DNA of 64,000 bases, from positions 3,552,001-3,616,000 of the forward strand of contig CBDDFZ010000001.1 in NCBI GenBank assembly GCA_965227515.1. Reading direction: 5' to 3'. This document shows positions 41,816 to 51,665 of the stretch, piece by piece. The notes beneath the pieces are model-generated. The model searched no databases. It worked only from the letters and a program-made list of their open reading frames with translations, and was not told the DNA's origin. Both the position numbers and the translations under genes were made by a program. Numbering within the stretch: position 1 is the stretch's first letter; each line of letters begins with the position of its first letter. This DNA comes from Alphaproteobacteria bacterium (lineage in GTDB: Bacteria > Pseudomonadota > Alphaproteobacteria > CALKHQ01).

Positions 41816-44532
41816 GCACACCGCCGCCACGCGCCACCTATCGGCTGCAGTTCCGCGAAGGCATGGACTTCGTGCGGGCGGCGACGCTCGCGCCCTATTG
41901 GCAAAGGCTGGGCATCAGCCATCTCTATGCGTCGCCCGTGGTCGCCGCGGCAACCGGGTCGACCCACGGCTATGACGTCGCCGACTTCAACGCCCTGGAA
42001 CCGTCGCTGGGCGGCGAGGCCGGATTCCGCGAGATGTGTGGCGCCCTGCGCGCGGCCGGGCTGGGATTGATCCTCGACTTCGTGCCGAACCACATGAGCG
42101 ATGCAAACGCCAATCCGTGGTGGTTCGACGTGCTGGAATGGGGCCCGCAAAGCCCCTTCGCCGGACATTTCGATATCGACTGGGAGAGCGGTCCACTGAT
42201 GCGGCCGCTTCTCGGCGAGCCCTATGGCGACGCGCTCGAGGCAGGCGCGCTGACATTCGATCTGGACGCGGCGGCCGGGCGCATCCATCTGCGCTACGGC
42301 GAGCATGAATTGCCGCTGACACCGCCGAGTTGCACCGTGCTGCTCGAACGCTCCGGCATCCCATCGCTTGCCGCGCTGGCGCCGGCATTCTCTGCGGCGA
42401 CGCCGGACAAGGCGGCCAATGTGCGCGGAGATTTCGTTCGGGCTCTCGCCGGCGACCACACGGCAGCGCAGTTGGCTGACGGGTTGGAGACCTTGTCCCG
42501 GAGTACAGAACTCGTGCACGCGGTCCACGAGGCACAGCATTGGCGGCTCGCGCTGTGGCGGGCGGCGCGCGACAGCCTGAACTACCGCCGCTTCTTCGAG
42601 ATCACCGGGCTGGTCGGCGTGCGGGTCGAGGACGTGGCCGTCTTCGACGACGTGCACCGGCTGCTGCTGCGGCTGATCGGCGAAGGTCTGGTCGACGGTA
42701 TCCGCCTCGATCACATCGACGGCCTCGCCGACCCGGCGGGATACCTGGACCGGCTACGCGCCGCCCTGCCGGCCGACCGCGCCATCCCGATCTATGTCGA
42801 GAAGATCCTGGAGCCCGGCGAGGACCTGCCGGCGGCATGGCCCGTGGACGGCACCACCGGCTACGAATTCACCGCGGCCGTGGCGACAGGGCTGGTCGAC
42901 GGCGCGGGCCTGGCGGCGCTGGGGACGACGTATGACGACTTCGTCGGCGTGCCTTCCGACTTCGAAGCCGAGGTGCGGGCGGCGAAGCTGCAGATCGTGT
43001 CGGAAAACCTGGCGGCCGAACTCGGCATTCTGACCAAGCTCGCCCTCGACCTCGCCGGGCGCCAGCTCGCCGCGCGCGACTATGGCGAGGACAGCCTGCG
43101 CCGCGCTGTGCGCGCGATGATCGTCGCGTTCCCGGTCTATCGCACCTATGTCAGCGCCAGCGGCGCGTCGTCGGCCGACCGAGCCCTGCTGGATGGGGTG
43201 TGCGGCCACGCCAAGGACGAGCCGGAGATCGAGGACCCGGGGACGGTCGACTTCGTCGCCAGCCTGCTACGGCTGGACGTGCCGGCCGAGGACAGGGACG
43301 ACGCCCTGCGCTTCGCCATCCGGTTCCAGCAGACCACCGGACCGGTGATGGCGAAGGCGCTGGAGGACACCGCCTTTTATCGCTGGCACCGGCTGATCGC
43401 GCTGAACGAGGTCGGCGGCGATCCCGTGCCCTCGGCCTGCGGGCCCGAAGCCTTCCACCAAGCGATGCTCAAACGGTCGGCGACACAACCGCATGGGTTG
43501 TCGGCAACAGCCACCCACGACACCAAGCGCGGCGAGGACGCTCGTGCGCGGCTCTATGCGCTGAGCGAGAACCCGGCCGGCTGGGCCACCGCCGTCGCCC
43601 GCTGGTCGGATATGAATGCGCCGTTGCGCACAGAACTGAACGATGGTCCGGCGCCCGAACCGGAAACCGAATGGATGATCTATCAGGCACTGCTCGGCGC
43701 CTGGCCACCGACACTCTCGCCGGACGACGACGCTGGTGTCGCGGCCCTGTCGGCGCGCTTCGCGGCCTTTCTGGAGAAGGCGCTGCGCGAGGCCAAGCGG
43801 CGCACCCGCTGGTCGGCCACCAACGACGCCTACGAGCGCGCGGTGCTGGACTTCGCCGCCGGGTTGTTCGCGTCGCCAAAATTCCTGGCCGATTTCCACG
43901 CGCACGGTCATGACGTCTGCCGCGCCGGCGCCATCAACAGCCTTGCCCAGCTCTTGCTCAAACTGACCGCGCCCGGCGTGCCCGACATCTACCAGGGCAC
44001 CGAGTTCTGGGACCACAGCATGGTCGACCCGGACAACCGCCAAGCCGTGCCGTTCGATGACCTTGCGCTGGCCCTGAACGGCATGGCGGGCGCATCTGTT
44101 GCGAACATGCTCGCCAACTGGCGTGAGGGACTGCCCAAACTGCATCTGATGCAGGCGGTGCTGGCAGCACGGCGCGACCGACCCACACTTTTTGCAGAGG
44201 GCGACTATCGCCCGCTGGAACTGCGTGGGACGCACGCCGGCAACGCGATCGCGTTTGCCCGCACCCACGGGGCGCAGACTGCCCTGGTCATCGCGCCCCG
44301 GTGCGTGCTCGCCATGCTGCCGCTCGGCGACGGCATCGCGATTCCGGCTGAGGCCTGGGGCGATACCGCCATGGTCCTGCCCGGGGACATTGCCGCCGAT
44401 CAGACCACCGGCGAATGGCGCGATATCGTCACAGGCGCGAGCATGAGCACGGATGGCCCCGCCCTGCCCCTCGCCAGCCTGCCCCTCGCCAGTCTTTTTG
44501 CCAACTTCCCCGTTGCGTGCCTGGTGGCGTAG
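41812..44532 (+). CDS. treY: Malto-oligosyltrehalose synthase
   Basis: ATYRLQF, STHGYDV, DFVPNHM, NYRRFFEI, RLDHIDGL, THDTKRGED, VDPDNR; start re-called at 41812. Confidence 0.95.
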   Translation: MSTPPPRATYRLQFREGMDFVRAATLAPYWQRLGISHLYASPVVAAATGSTHGYDVADFNALEPSLGGEAGFREMCGALRAAGLGLILDFVPNHMSDANANPWWFDVLEWGPQSPFAGHFDIDWESGPLMRPLLGEPYGDALEAGALTFDLDAAAGRIHLRYGEHELPLTPPSCTVLLERSGIPSLAALAPAFSAATPDKAANVRGDFVRALAGDHTAAQLADGLETLSRSTELVHAVHEAQHWRLALWRAARDSLNYRRFFEITGLVGVRVEDVAVFDDVHRLLLRLIGEGLVDGIRLDHIDGLADPAGYLDRLRAALPADRAIPIYVEKILEPGEDLPAAWPVDGTTGYEFTAAVATGLVDGAGLAALGTTYDDFVGVPSDFEAEVRAAKLQIVSENLAAELGILTKLALDLAGRQLAARDYGEDSLRRAVRAMIVAFPVYRTYVSASGASSADRALLDGVCGHAKDEPEIEDPGTVDFVASLLRLDVPAEDRDDALRFAIRFQQTTGPVMAKALEDTAFYRWHRLIALNEVGGDPVPSACGPEAFHQAMLKRSATQPHGLSATATHDTKRGEDARARLYALSENPAGWATAVARWSDMNAPLRTELNDGPAPEPETEWMIYQALLGAWPPTLSPDDDAGVAALSARFAAFLEKALREAKRRTRWSATNDAYERAVLDFAAGLFASPKFLADFHAHGHDVCRAGAINSLAQLLLKLTAPGVPDIYQGTEFWDHSMVDPDNRQAVPFDDLALALNGMAGASVANMLANWREGLPKLHLMQAVLAARRDRPTLFAEGDYRPLELRGTHAGNAIAFARTHGAQTALVIAPRCVLAMLPLGDGIAIPAEAWGDTAMVLPGDIAADQTTGEWRDIVTGASMSTDGPALPLASLPLASLFANFPVACLVA

Positions 44533-44605
44533 GCAGCCATCTCCCGACCAGCACAGCGTTTCGCGCACTGCCGAACGGGCTGCGCAAATTTAGCGACGGA
44601 TGCCG

Positions 44606-44658
44606 TTGACACGACCGCGGCCCCAAATCTAACATCACAACTCAACTAAAATATTAGT
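44606..44658 (+). promoter_or_regulatory. Sigma70 promoter plus palindromic operator (probably GntR)
   Basis: TTGACA (44606) - 18 bp - TAACAT (44630); palindrome ACTAA-AATA-TTAGT at 44645-44658. Confidence 0.65.
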
Positions 44659-44697
44659 CTGAACAGCGTCGCAAGGCGCTCTTGGGGAGGAGCTGGA

Positions 44698-45675
44698 ATG
44701 AACAAGCATCTGAAACTGCTGGGTATGTCGGTGGCCGTCGCCACCTTCGGCATCGCCGTGCCGGCGCTGGCGGAAACGACTCTGCGCATCGGCACCGTGC
44801 TGGCACCCGACGATCCGATGGGCCAGGGGCTGGACAAGTTCGCGGCCGAGGTCGAGGAAGCCACCAACGGCGAAGTCGTGGTCGAGGTCTTCCACAACTC
44901 GCAGCTCGGCGACACCACCGAGATGCTGGACCAGGCCCGTGCCGGCGCCAATGTCGGCACCGTCACCGACGTGGCCCGTCTCTCCAGCTTCGTGCCGTCG
45001 CTGGCGATCATGTCGGCGCCGTTCCTGTTCGACACCTACGATGACGCCGACAAGTTCGCGCTGTCGGAGGAATATCTGGGCTGGGGCGACCAGCTCGCCG
45101 AGGAAGCCGGCGTGGTGATGCTGGCCTCCAACTGGTACCAGGGCGCGCGCCACGCGCTGACCCAGATGCCGATCTCCGGCCCGGCCGACCTGGCCGGCGT
45201 GCGCATGCGCACCATCGGCGCGCCGGTCTGGATCGAGACCATCCGCGCGATGGGTGCGGAGCCGACCCCGATGGCCTGGGGAGAGGTCTACTCGGCCCTG
45301 CAGACCGGCACGCTGGATGCCGCCGAGGCACAGCCGACCGCGATCTGGGGCGCCAAGCTCTATGAGGTCATCAACAACGTCACCCTGACCGGGCACATCC
45401 AGCTCGTCACCGCGCTGGTGATCGGCAAAGAGACCTGGGACGAGATCTCGCCGGAGAACCAGGAGATCGTGCGCAACCTGGCGGTCGAGAACGGGCGCTA
45501 TGCCTCCGGGCTCACCATCGAGCTTGGCGAGGAAGCGCTAAAAAACGTCGAAGCCGCCGGCGTCGCGGTCAGCGACGTCGACCTTGCCCCGTTCAAGGAG
45601 GCGGTTGCCGGCGTCTACGAACTGCTCGACCTCACAGCCGAAGCCGAGATCGTCAAGTCGGTCCTGGCTGAATAA
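44698..45675 (+). CDS. TRAP substrate-binding protein (DctP, sugar-acid type)
   Basis: Signal peptide ending ALA; NSQLG, GARH, DLAGVRMR, GEVYSALQTG. Confidence 0.92.
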   Translation: MNKHLKLLGMSVAVATFGIAVPALAETTLRIGTVLAPDDPMGQGLDKFAAEVEEATNGEVVVEVFHNSQLGDTTEMLDQARAGANVGTVTDVARLSSFVPSLAIMSAPFLFDTYDDADKFALSEEYLGWGDQLAEEAGVVMLASNWYQGARHALTQMPISGPADLAGVRMRTIGAPVWIETIRAMGAEPTPMAWGEVYSALQTGTLDAAEAQPTAIWGAKLYEVINNVTLTGHIQLVTALVIGKETWDEISPENQEIVRNLAVENGRYASGLTIELGEEALKNVEAAGVAVSDVDLAPFKEAVAGVYELLDLTAEAEIVKSVLAE

Positions 45676-45717
45676 CCCCCCAGACGGCGCGGGCAATCGA
45701 CAGGCGCGATACCGCGC

Positions 45718-46173
45718 ATGTATCAGCGTGTTGAGATTGCCTGCGCCGTCACCTTTTTCGCGGCCATCGTCGTCCTGGTGGGCGTCGCCTCGGTCGCCCG
45801 CGCGGCCGGATCGCCGATCATCTGGTCGGTCGAGATCGCGCAACTCCTGTTCGCCTGGGTGTGCATGCTGGCGGCCGACGTGGCCATGCAGCACAACCGC
45901 CACTTCGGTCTGTCGATCCTGCGCGACAATTTGCGACCCCGCGCCGCGCAGGTCGTCGAACTGGTCAACCTGCTGGTGATGATCGGCCTGCTCGGCTTCC
46001 TGCTGGTCTACGCGGTCGAGAACACCATTCTGATGCACCCGCGCCTGATCGGCGCCACCCAGATGAACGCCTCGCTCGTCCATGCCTCGATGCCGGTCGG
46101 CCTGGCGCTTCTGCTGCGCACCCTCCTCGTGAAGCTCTGGCGCGCCGTTGCCGGATTGCGCGGCGCAGCCTGA
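45718..46173 (+). CDS. TRAP small permease (DctQ)
   Basis: WSVEIAQLLFAW...H motif, four TMs. Confidence 0.88.
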   Translation: MYQRVEIACAVTFFAAIVVLVGVASVARAAGSPIIWSVEIAQLLFAWVCMLAADVAMQHNRHFGLSILRDNLRPRAAQVVELVNLLVMIGLLGFLLVYAVENTILMHPRLIGATQMNASLVHASMPVGLALLLRTLLVKLWRAVAGLRGAA

Positions 46174-47453
46174 TGCTCGGCCTCATCGCCCTGCTGTTCG
46201 CGGTCTTCCTGTTCGCGGGCCTGCCCATCGCCTTCGCGTTGGCGCTGGCGGCGATCCCGGTGTTCACACTGACCGGGACCATGCCGCCCACCGTCGTGCT
46301 GCAGAAGATGGTCACCGCGACCCAGAACTTCCCGCTGCTGGCGGTGCCGTTCTTCATCCTGGCCGGCAATCTGATGAACGCGACCGGCATCACCGAGCGG
46401 CTGATCCGGTTCGCGCGCCTGTTGAGCGGCTGGATGGCCGGTGGACTGGCTCAGGTCTCCATCGTGCTCAGCCTGATGATGGGCGGCGTGTCCGGCTCCG
46501 CGGTCGCCGACGCCTCCATGGAATCGCGCCTGCTCGGCCCGGGCATGCTGGCGCAGAAATACTCCAAGGGCGTGACGGCGGCGGTCCTGGCCTTCGGGTC
46601 GATCATCACCGCCACCATCCCGCCGAGCATCGGCCTGATCCTGTTCGGCTACATCAACGAGGTGTCGATCGGCCGCCTGTTCCTGGCCGGCATCATTCCC
46701 GGCGCCTTGCTGACCGCCGTGCTGATGGTGACGTGCTGGATCGTCGCCAAGCGCCGCGGCTACCAGCCCGACCTGGAGCGCCTGCCGACAGCGCGCGAGC
46801 TCGGCGCCAGCTTCGTCGACAGCATCTGGGCGCTGATGTTCCCGATCATCCTGATCGTCGGTTTCCGGTTCGGCTTCTTCACCGCGACCGAGGCGGGCGT
46901 GTTCCTGGTGTTCTACGCCTTCATCATCGGCGTGGCGGTCTATCGGGAGCTTGACTTCAAGAAGATGTACGAGGCGTTCAAGCACTCCATCAACGATCTC
47001 GGCATGGTGATGCTGTTGATCATGATGGCGGCCGTTCTCGGCTATGCCGTCACCATCGAGCGCGCGCCGCAGGAGATCACGGAGTTCGTCACCACCCTGA
47101 CCGCCGACCCGCTGGTGACGCTGCTGCTGATCGTCGCCGTGCTGGTGATCAGCGGCATGTTCCTGGAAGGGGCCGCCAACATATTGCTGGTGACGCCCAT
47201 CGTGATGCCGGTGCTAGTTGCGGCCGATTACAACCCGGTCCACCTCGGCATCCTGATGGTGACGCTGGTCAACTTCGGCGGCCTGACACCGCCGGTCGGC
47301 GTCATTATGTTCACGGTCTGCGGCATCCTCGACACCAAGTCGGGCGAGTATACAAAGGCCGCCCTGCCGTTCTTTCTTGCCTTTGGTGTGTTCTTCGCGC
47401 TCCTGGTCGCCTTCCCCGACCTGAGCCTGTTCCTGCCCGACCTGTTGATGTAG
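46173..47453 (+). CDS. TRAP large permease (DctM)
   Basis: LLAVPFFILAGNLMN, SGSAVAD, IPPSI, TATEAG, LTPPVG. Confidence 0.93.
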   Translation: MLGLIALLFAVFLFAGLPIAFALALAAIPVFTLTGTMPPTVVLQKMVTATQNFPLLAVPFFILAGNLMNATGITERLIRFARLLSGWMAGGLAQVSIVLSLMMGGVSGSAVADASMESRLLGPGMLAQKYSKGVTAAVLAFGSIITATIPPSIGLILFGYINEVSIGRLFLAGIIPGALLTAVLMVTCWIVAKRRGYQPDLERLPTARELGASFVDSIWALMFPIILIVGFRFGFFTATEAGVFLVFYAFIIGVAVYRELDFKKMYEAFKHSINDLGMVMLLIMMAAVLGYAVTIERAPQEITEFVTTLTADPLVTLLLIVAVLVISGMFLEGAANILLVTPIVMPVLVAADYNPVHLGILMVTLVNFGGLTPPVGVIMFTVCGILDTKSGEYTKAALPFFLAFGVFFALLVAFPDLSLFLPDLLM

Positions 47454-47477
47454 CGATGCGCGATTTGGACACCTGCC

Positions 47478-48203
47478 ATGCCGGTTAGCACCCTGACGGC
47501 GAAGCTGTTGGAGGAGGCACGCGAAGCCTCCGGCCAGGCACTGACCGGCGCCGCCGCCAAGCGCGTCTATGCCGGCTTGCGCGCCAAGATTTTGAACCTT
47601 GAGCTCAGGCCCGACGCCATTGTGGCGCGCAGCGAGGTTGCGCTGGAGTTCGGCGTCAGCCAGTCGCCGGTGCGCGAGGCGATCCAGAAGCTGACCCAGG
47701 ACGGCCTTGTCATCTCCTATCCGCAGTCGCGAACCGTGGTGTCGCGCATCGACCTCGACCACGCCCGCGAGGCACAGTACCTGCGCCGCAGCGTCGAGAT
47801 CGAGGTGGTGCGCGAGCTGACCAAGGCCGCGGACGCCGCGTCGCTGGCGCCAGCGCACCGCCTGTTGCGCATGCAACGGCTGGCGGCCGAGGACAACGAC
47901 ATCGCCGAGTTCAAGGCGCTCGACAGCCTGTTCCACCTCTCGCTGTTCGAGGCGGCGGGCATCCCGGGGCTGTTCCACATCGTGGCCGGCACGGCGGGGC
48001 ACATCGATCGGCTGCGGCGCCTCAACCTGCCCGACCCGGGCAAGATGGCAAGCGTGCTCCACGACCACGAGCAGGTGCTGGCCGCGATCGGCTCCGGCGA
48101 CGAGGCGGCCGCGGAACGCGCCATGCGCACGCACTTGTCCGGCACGCTGAGCGCGGCGGAGGAAATCCGCCAGAAACACCCGGACTTCTTCCTGGATCGC
48201 TGA
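47478..48203 (+). CDS. GntR-family regulator (FCD domain)
   Basis: VALEFGVSQSPVREAIQKL...PQSRTVV; LDSLFH. Confidence 0.9.
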   Translation: MPVSTLTAKLLEEAREASGQALTGAAAKRVYAGLRAKILNLELRPDAIVARSEVALEFGVSQSPVREAIQKLTQDGLVISYPQSRTVVSRIDLDHAREAQYLRRSVEIEVVRELTKAADAASLAPAHRLLRMQRLAAEDNDIAEFKALDSLFHLSLFEAAGIPGLFHIVAGTAGHIDRLRRLNLPDPGKMASVLHDHEQVLAAIGSGDEAAAERAMRTHLSGTLSAAEEIRQKHPDFFLDR

Positions 48204-48211
48204 GCACCCAA

Positions 48212-49126
48212 TCAGGTCAGGGCGGCGGCGTCCAGCCTTGCGGACAGCTCCTTCACGAACGCCTGGGTCGCCGCAATCGGCCGGCGCTCGCGCGAGATCA
48301 CGATCGACAGGCTGAGGTCGCGCATGTGCGGTTCCGACAGCGGGATCGCGACCAGCGTGCCGGCGGCAAGGTCGTCGAGAAATCCAAGCCGGGTGTAGAA
48401 CGCGATGCCGACGCCGGCCAGCAGAACGTTGCGGTTGAGCGTCGAGGTATTGGCGGTCACGACCGAGTGCGCCATGACCCGCGCCTCGGCGAGTTCCGAT
48501 TCCAGCACCGAGCGGATCGGCTCGTTATCGCCCTGTGCCACCAGCGGGTAGTGGGCGCACTCGGCGAATGTGGTCGACTGCCGGGTGGCGAGCGGATGGC
48601 CAGGCGCCACGATGGCGCACAGCGGCGCCGGCACCTGGTGCACGATTTCGACGCTGGCGACGTTGCCCTGGTAGAAGGTGATGCCGACGTCCGCCTTGGC
48701 GTCGCTGACCCGTTTGACGATATCGCCCGGCCCGCAGGCGGTGATAGCGAACTGCACCCGTGGGTTGGCGGCAATGAAATTGGTCAAGGCATCGGGCAGC
48801 AGGCGCAGCATCAGGCTGTCGACGCTGGCAATGCGCACCAGGCCGGTGCGCACCCCTTGCAGCGCGTCGATGTCCGCCCGCGTGCGGTCGTACTCGGCCA
48901 GCGTCGCGCGGGCGTGGCGCACCATCACCTCGCCAGCCGCGGTCAGGCGCAGACCGTCTGGCACACGCTCGAAGAGCTCGGTGCCGATGGACCGCTCCAG
49001 CTTGAGTATCTGCCGATTGACCGCGGAGGCGGCGATGTTGAGGCGGGCCGCCGCCTTGCGGATCGATCCGGACCGCGCAACCTCGTCGAGATAGCGCAGC
49101 ACGGCCGCATGGACGGCGTCGGTCAT
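48212..49126 (-). CDS. LysR-family regulator
   Basis: LRYLDEVARSGSIRKAAARLNIAASAVNRQILKLE. Confidence 0.92.
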   Translation of the reverse strand: MTDAVHAAVLRYLDEVARSGSIRKAAARLNIAASAVNRQILKLERSIGTELFERVPDGLRLTAAGEVMVRHARATLAEYDRTRADIDALQGVRTGLVRIASVDSLMLRLLPDALTNFIAANPRVQFAITACGPGDIVKRVSDAKADVGITFYQGNVASVEIVHQVPAPLCAIVAPGHPLATRQSTTFAECAHYPLVAQGDNEPIRSVLESELAEARVMAHSVVTANTSTLNRNVLLAGVGIAFYTRLGFLDDLAAGTLVAIPLSEPHMRDLSLSIVISRERRPIAATQAFVKELSARLDAAALT

Positions 49127-49157
49127 CGCCCTGCCCCGTCCGCACGATGGCCAGCGT

Positions 49158-49484
49158 TCAGGCCTTCGGCTTCGCCGCCACCACCGGGTGGTCCTTGTCG
49201 GTGCGATAGGTATCGCTCAGGCCGCCGGGCTCGCCCCACCCTGTCACCTCCGGGCCGAAGAATTCGCGGTTCACTGCCGTGTAGAGCGTATCATCGCCCT
49301 CGAGTTCGTCCTCGTGGAAAATCGCCTCGACCGGGCAGACCGAGACGCACAGGCCGCAATTGATGCACTCGTCGGGCTGGATGTAGAACATGCGCCCGCC
49401 CTCGTAGATGCAGTCGACCGGGCAGACCCGCGCACAGGTGCCGTCCTTCACATCGATGCACGGCGCGATAATGACGTAGGTCAT
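49158..49484 (-). CDS. Dicluster (7Fe-type, FdxA-like) ferredoxin
   Basis: MTYVIIAPCIDVKDGTCARVCPVDCI...DECINCGLCVSVCPVEAI; start re-called. Confidence 0.9.
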   Translation of the reverse strand: MTYVIIAPCIDVKDGTCARVCPVDCIYEGGRMFYIQPDECINCGLCVSVCPVEAIFHEDELEGDDTLYTAVNREFFGPEVTGWGEPGGLSDTYRTDKDHPVVAAKPKA

Positions 49485-49500
49485 GGGTGGGAAAAGGCTC

Positions 49501-49676
49501 GTCGCCCTCGCCCTTGTGGCGAGGGCCCATCGGCCCGGCCGGCGTGATCTCTGCAAGACCGCTTCGAACGCGGACCCAACCCGGTTGGGTTGGATTGCAC
49601 CGAGTGCGAATGCCTTGTGACGGCACGACTGGAGCATGGCTCACGAATGGGTCCTCGCCACAAGGGCGAGGACGAC
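49501..49676. repeat. REP doublet / REPIN-like element (family B), inverted relative to 10194-10368
   Basis: Arms GTCGCCCTCGCCCTTGTGGCGAGGGCCCATC and AATGGGTCCTCGCCACAAGGGCGAGGACGAC. Confidence 0.88.
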
Positions 49677-49695
49677 GGATGAGGAGTGGGAGTGT

Positions 49696-50472
49696 TCACC
49701 GCCCCTGCCATTCGGGTTGGCGCTTTTCCTGGAAGGCGCGCACGCCTTCGGCGGAATCGCTGCTCTGCAGGGCGGCCATCAGGGCCGGCGTGCCGGCGGC
49801 CTGGGCCTCGGCCGGGGAAAGCTGCGCGGTGCGGCGCGTCACCTGCTTGATGGCGCGGTTGCTGAGCGGCGCGTTCTTTAGTACGTCGGCAACCCAACTG
49901 TCGACCGCGGCGTCCAGGTCGGCCAACGGCACCACCTCGTTGACCAGGCCCCAGCGCGCCGCCTCCTCGGCGGGCACGCGCCGGCCGGTCAGCATCAGGC
50001 CCATCGCCAGATTGTGCGGCACCTTGCGCTGCAGCAGGACCATGCCACCGTCGAGCGGCAGGTAGCCGACGCGCGGCTCCGGCAGGCCGAACTGCGCGTT
50101 GTCCGACGCCACCACAATATCGCAGCCCAGCACCATCTCCATGCCCCCGCCGAGCGCAAACCCATTGACGCGCGCGATCACCGGTACGTCCAGCGTCTCG
50201 CGCAGCGCGATGCCGCCGAACCCGCCGGGCCGGGCCCGCGCCCAGTACTCCAGGCCGGAGACGTGGTCGCCGGACTTCAGGTCCCAGCCGGCGCAGAATG
50301 ACTTCTCGCCGCTGCCGGTCAGCACCACGCAGCGCACGTCCGCGTCGGCCTCGATCTCATCCCAGATCTCCAGCAGCCGTGCCTCGGTCGCGGCGTCGAC
50401 CGCGTTCAGCCGTTCCGGCCGGTCGAGCGTGACCCGGGCGACATGGCCATCGCGTTCCAGGCGAACCGTCAT
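49696..50472 (-). CDS. Enoyl-CoA hydratase/isomerase (crotonase, CaiD-like)
   Basis: FCAGWDLK, NGFALGGGME, FGLPEPRVG, EGVRAFQEKR. Confidence 0.92.
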   Translation of the reverse strand: MTVRLERDGHVARVTLDRPERLNAVDAATEARLLEIWDEIEADADVRCVVLTGSGEKSFCAGWDLKSGDHVSGLEYWARARPGGFGGIALRETLDVPVIARVNGFALGGGMEMVLGCDIVVASDNAQFGLPEPRVGYLPLDGGMVLLQRKVPHNLAMGLMLTGRRVPAEEAARWGLVNEVVPLADLDAAVDSWVADVLKNAPLSNRAIKQVTRRTAQLSPAEAQAAGTPALMAALQSSDSAEGVRAFQEKRQPEWQGR

Positions 50473-51665
50473 GCCACCTTGTCCGCCGGCGCCGACAGGC
50501 CCAGCTCGGCGAGAATCTCGTCGTTATGGGCGCCCAGCGTCGGCGGCTTGTGCCGGACGGTCAGCGGCGCGTCGTCCATTGTAATCGGCGTGCCGAGCAG
50601 GCGCACCGGACCGGCGGCGGTCTTTCCGGCTTCCACGATCATCTTGTTGACGATGGTCTGCTCGTCTTCCAGCGCCTCGGCCAGCGAGCGCACCGGCGCG
50701 TTCAGGATATCGACCCCCTCCAGGCGCTCCAGCCAGTGTGCGGTAGACTTCGTGGCGAAGCACTTCTCGAAGATCTTGTGCAGCTCGGCGCGGTTTTCCA
50801 TTTGCGCGTCGAAGTCGGCATAGTCCGGCTTCTTCGACAGATCGTCGATCTCCAGCGCCTCGCAGATGTTGCGCAGCGGGTTCTCCTTGAACGCGCCGAC
50901 CATGACGATGGCGCCGTCAGTGGTCTCGAACACCCCGGAGAGCGGGAACGCCGCCCAGTTCAGGTCCTTCTTGCGCATCATCCAGGCCGCCGCTTCCTGC
51001 ATCTGCATCGCCAGGATCGAGCTGTAGAGGCTGACTGAGACTTGCTGGCCGACGCCGGTCTTTTCCCGCTGCAACAGGGCGAGCAGGATGCCCTGCACCA
51101 GGTGCATGCCGGCGGAGTAGTCGCACAGCGTGGTGGAGTAGATCGCGGTCGGGTGCGTGGGGTCGGACTTGCGGTGCATGACGCCCGACATCGCCTGGGC
51201 CAGCACGTCCTGCCCGCCCTTGTGGACGTAGGGACCCTCCAGGCCATAGCCGGTGCCCACCGCATATATCAGGCGCGGGTTGCGCTTCTTCAGGTCCTCG
51301 AACCCGAAGCCCATGCGCTCCATCACGCCCACGCGGAAGTTGTTCACCACTACGTCGGCGGTGTCGATCAACTGCAACACCGCCTCTTTCGTCGCCGGGT
51401 CCTTCAGGTCGACCGAGAACGAGCGCTTGTTGCGGTTCAGCGAGCAGAACACAGGGTTGTTCAGGCCGTCGGGGTCCTTGCCCACCGACCAGCGCGACAG
51501 GTCGCCGACCTTCTGCTTCTCGATCTTGATCACGTCGGCGCCGTAGTCCGCCAGCATCTGGGTGCAGCACGGCCCCAGCATCACCTGGGTGAAGTCGACC
51601 ACGCGCACGCCATCGAGCGGGAGCGGCGCCTGCCCCGGCGCGTGTTGGGAGTGTTCGGTCATCAA
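50469..51665 (-). CDS. Family III CoA transferase
   Basis: LADYGADVIKIE, NRNKRS, NNFRVG, PPTLGAHN. Confidence 0.92.
   Translation of the reverse strand: MMTEHSQHAPGQAPLPLDGVRVVDFTQVMLGPCCTQMLADYGADVIKIEKQKVGDLSRWSVGKDPDGLNNPVFCSLNRNKRSFSVDLKDPATKEAVLQLIDTADVVVNNFRVGVMERMGFGFEDLKKRNPRLIYAVGTGYGLEGPYVHKGGQDVLAQAMSGVMHRKSDPTHPTAIYSTTLCDYSAGMHLVQGILLALLQREKTGVGQQVSVSLYSSILAMQMQEAAAWMMRKKDLNWAAFPLSGVFETTDGAIVMVGAFKENPLRNICEALEIDDLSKKPDYADFDAQMENRAELHKIFEKCFATKSTAHWLERLEGVDILNAPVRSLAEALEDEQTIVNKMIVEAGKTAAGPVRLLGTPITMDDAPLTVRHKPPTLGAHNDEILAELGLSAPADKVA

Noticed and set aside
44463-44492. 15-bp tandem duplication at the treY 3' end (LPLAS twice)
   Set aside because: In-frame slippage in a variable tail; no sign of functional significance.
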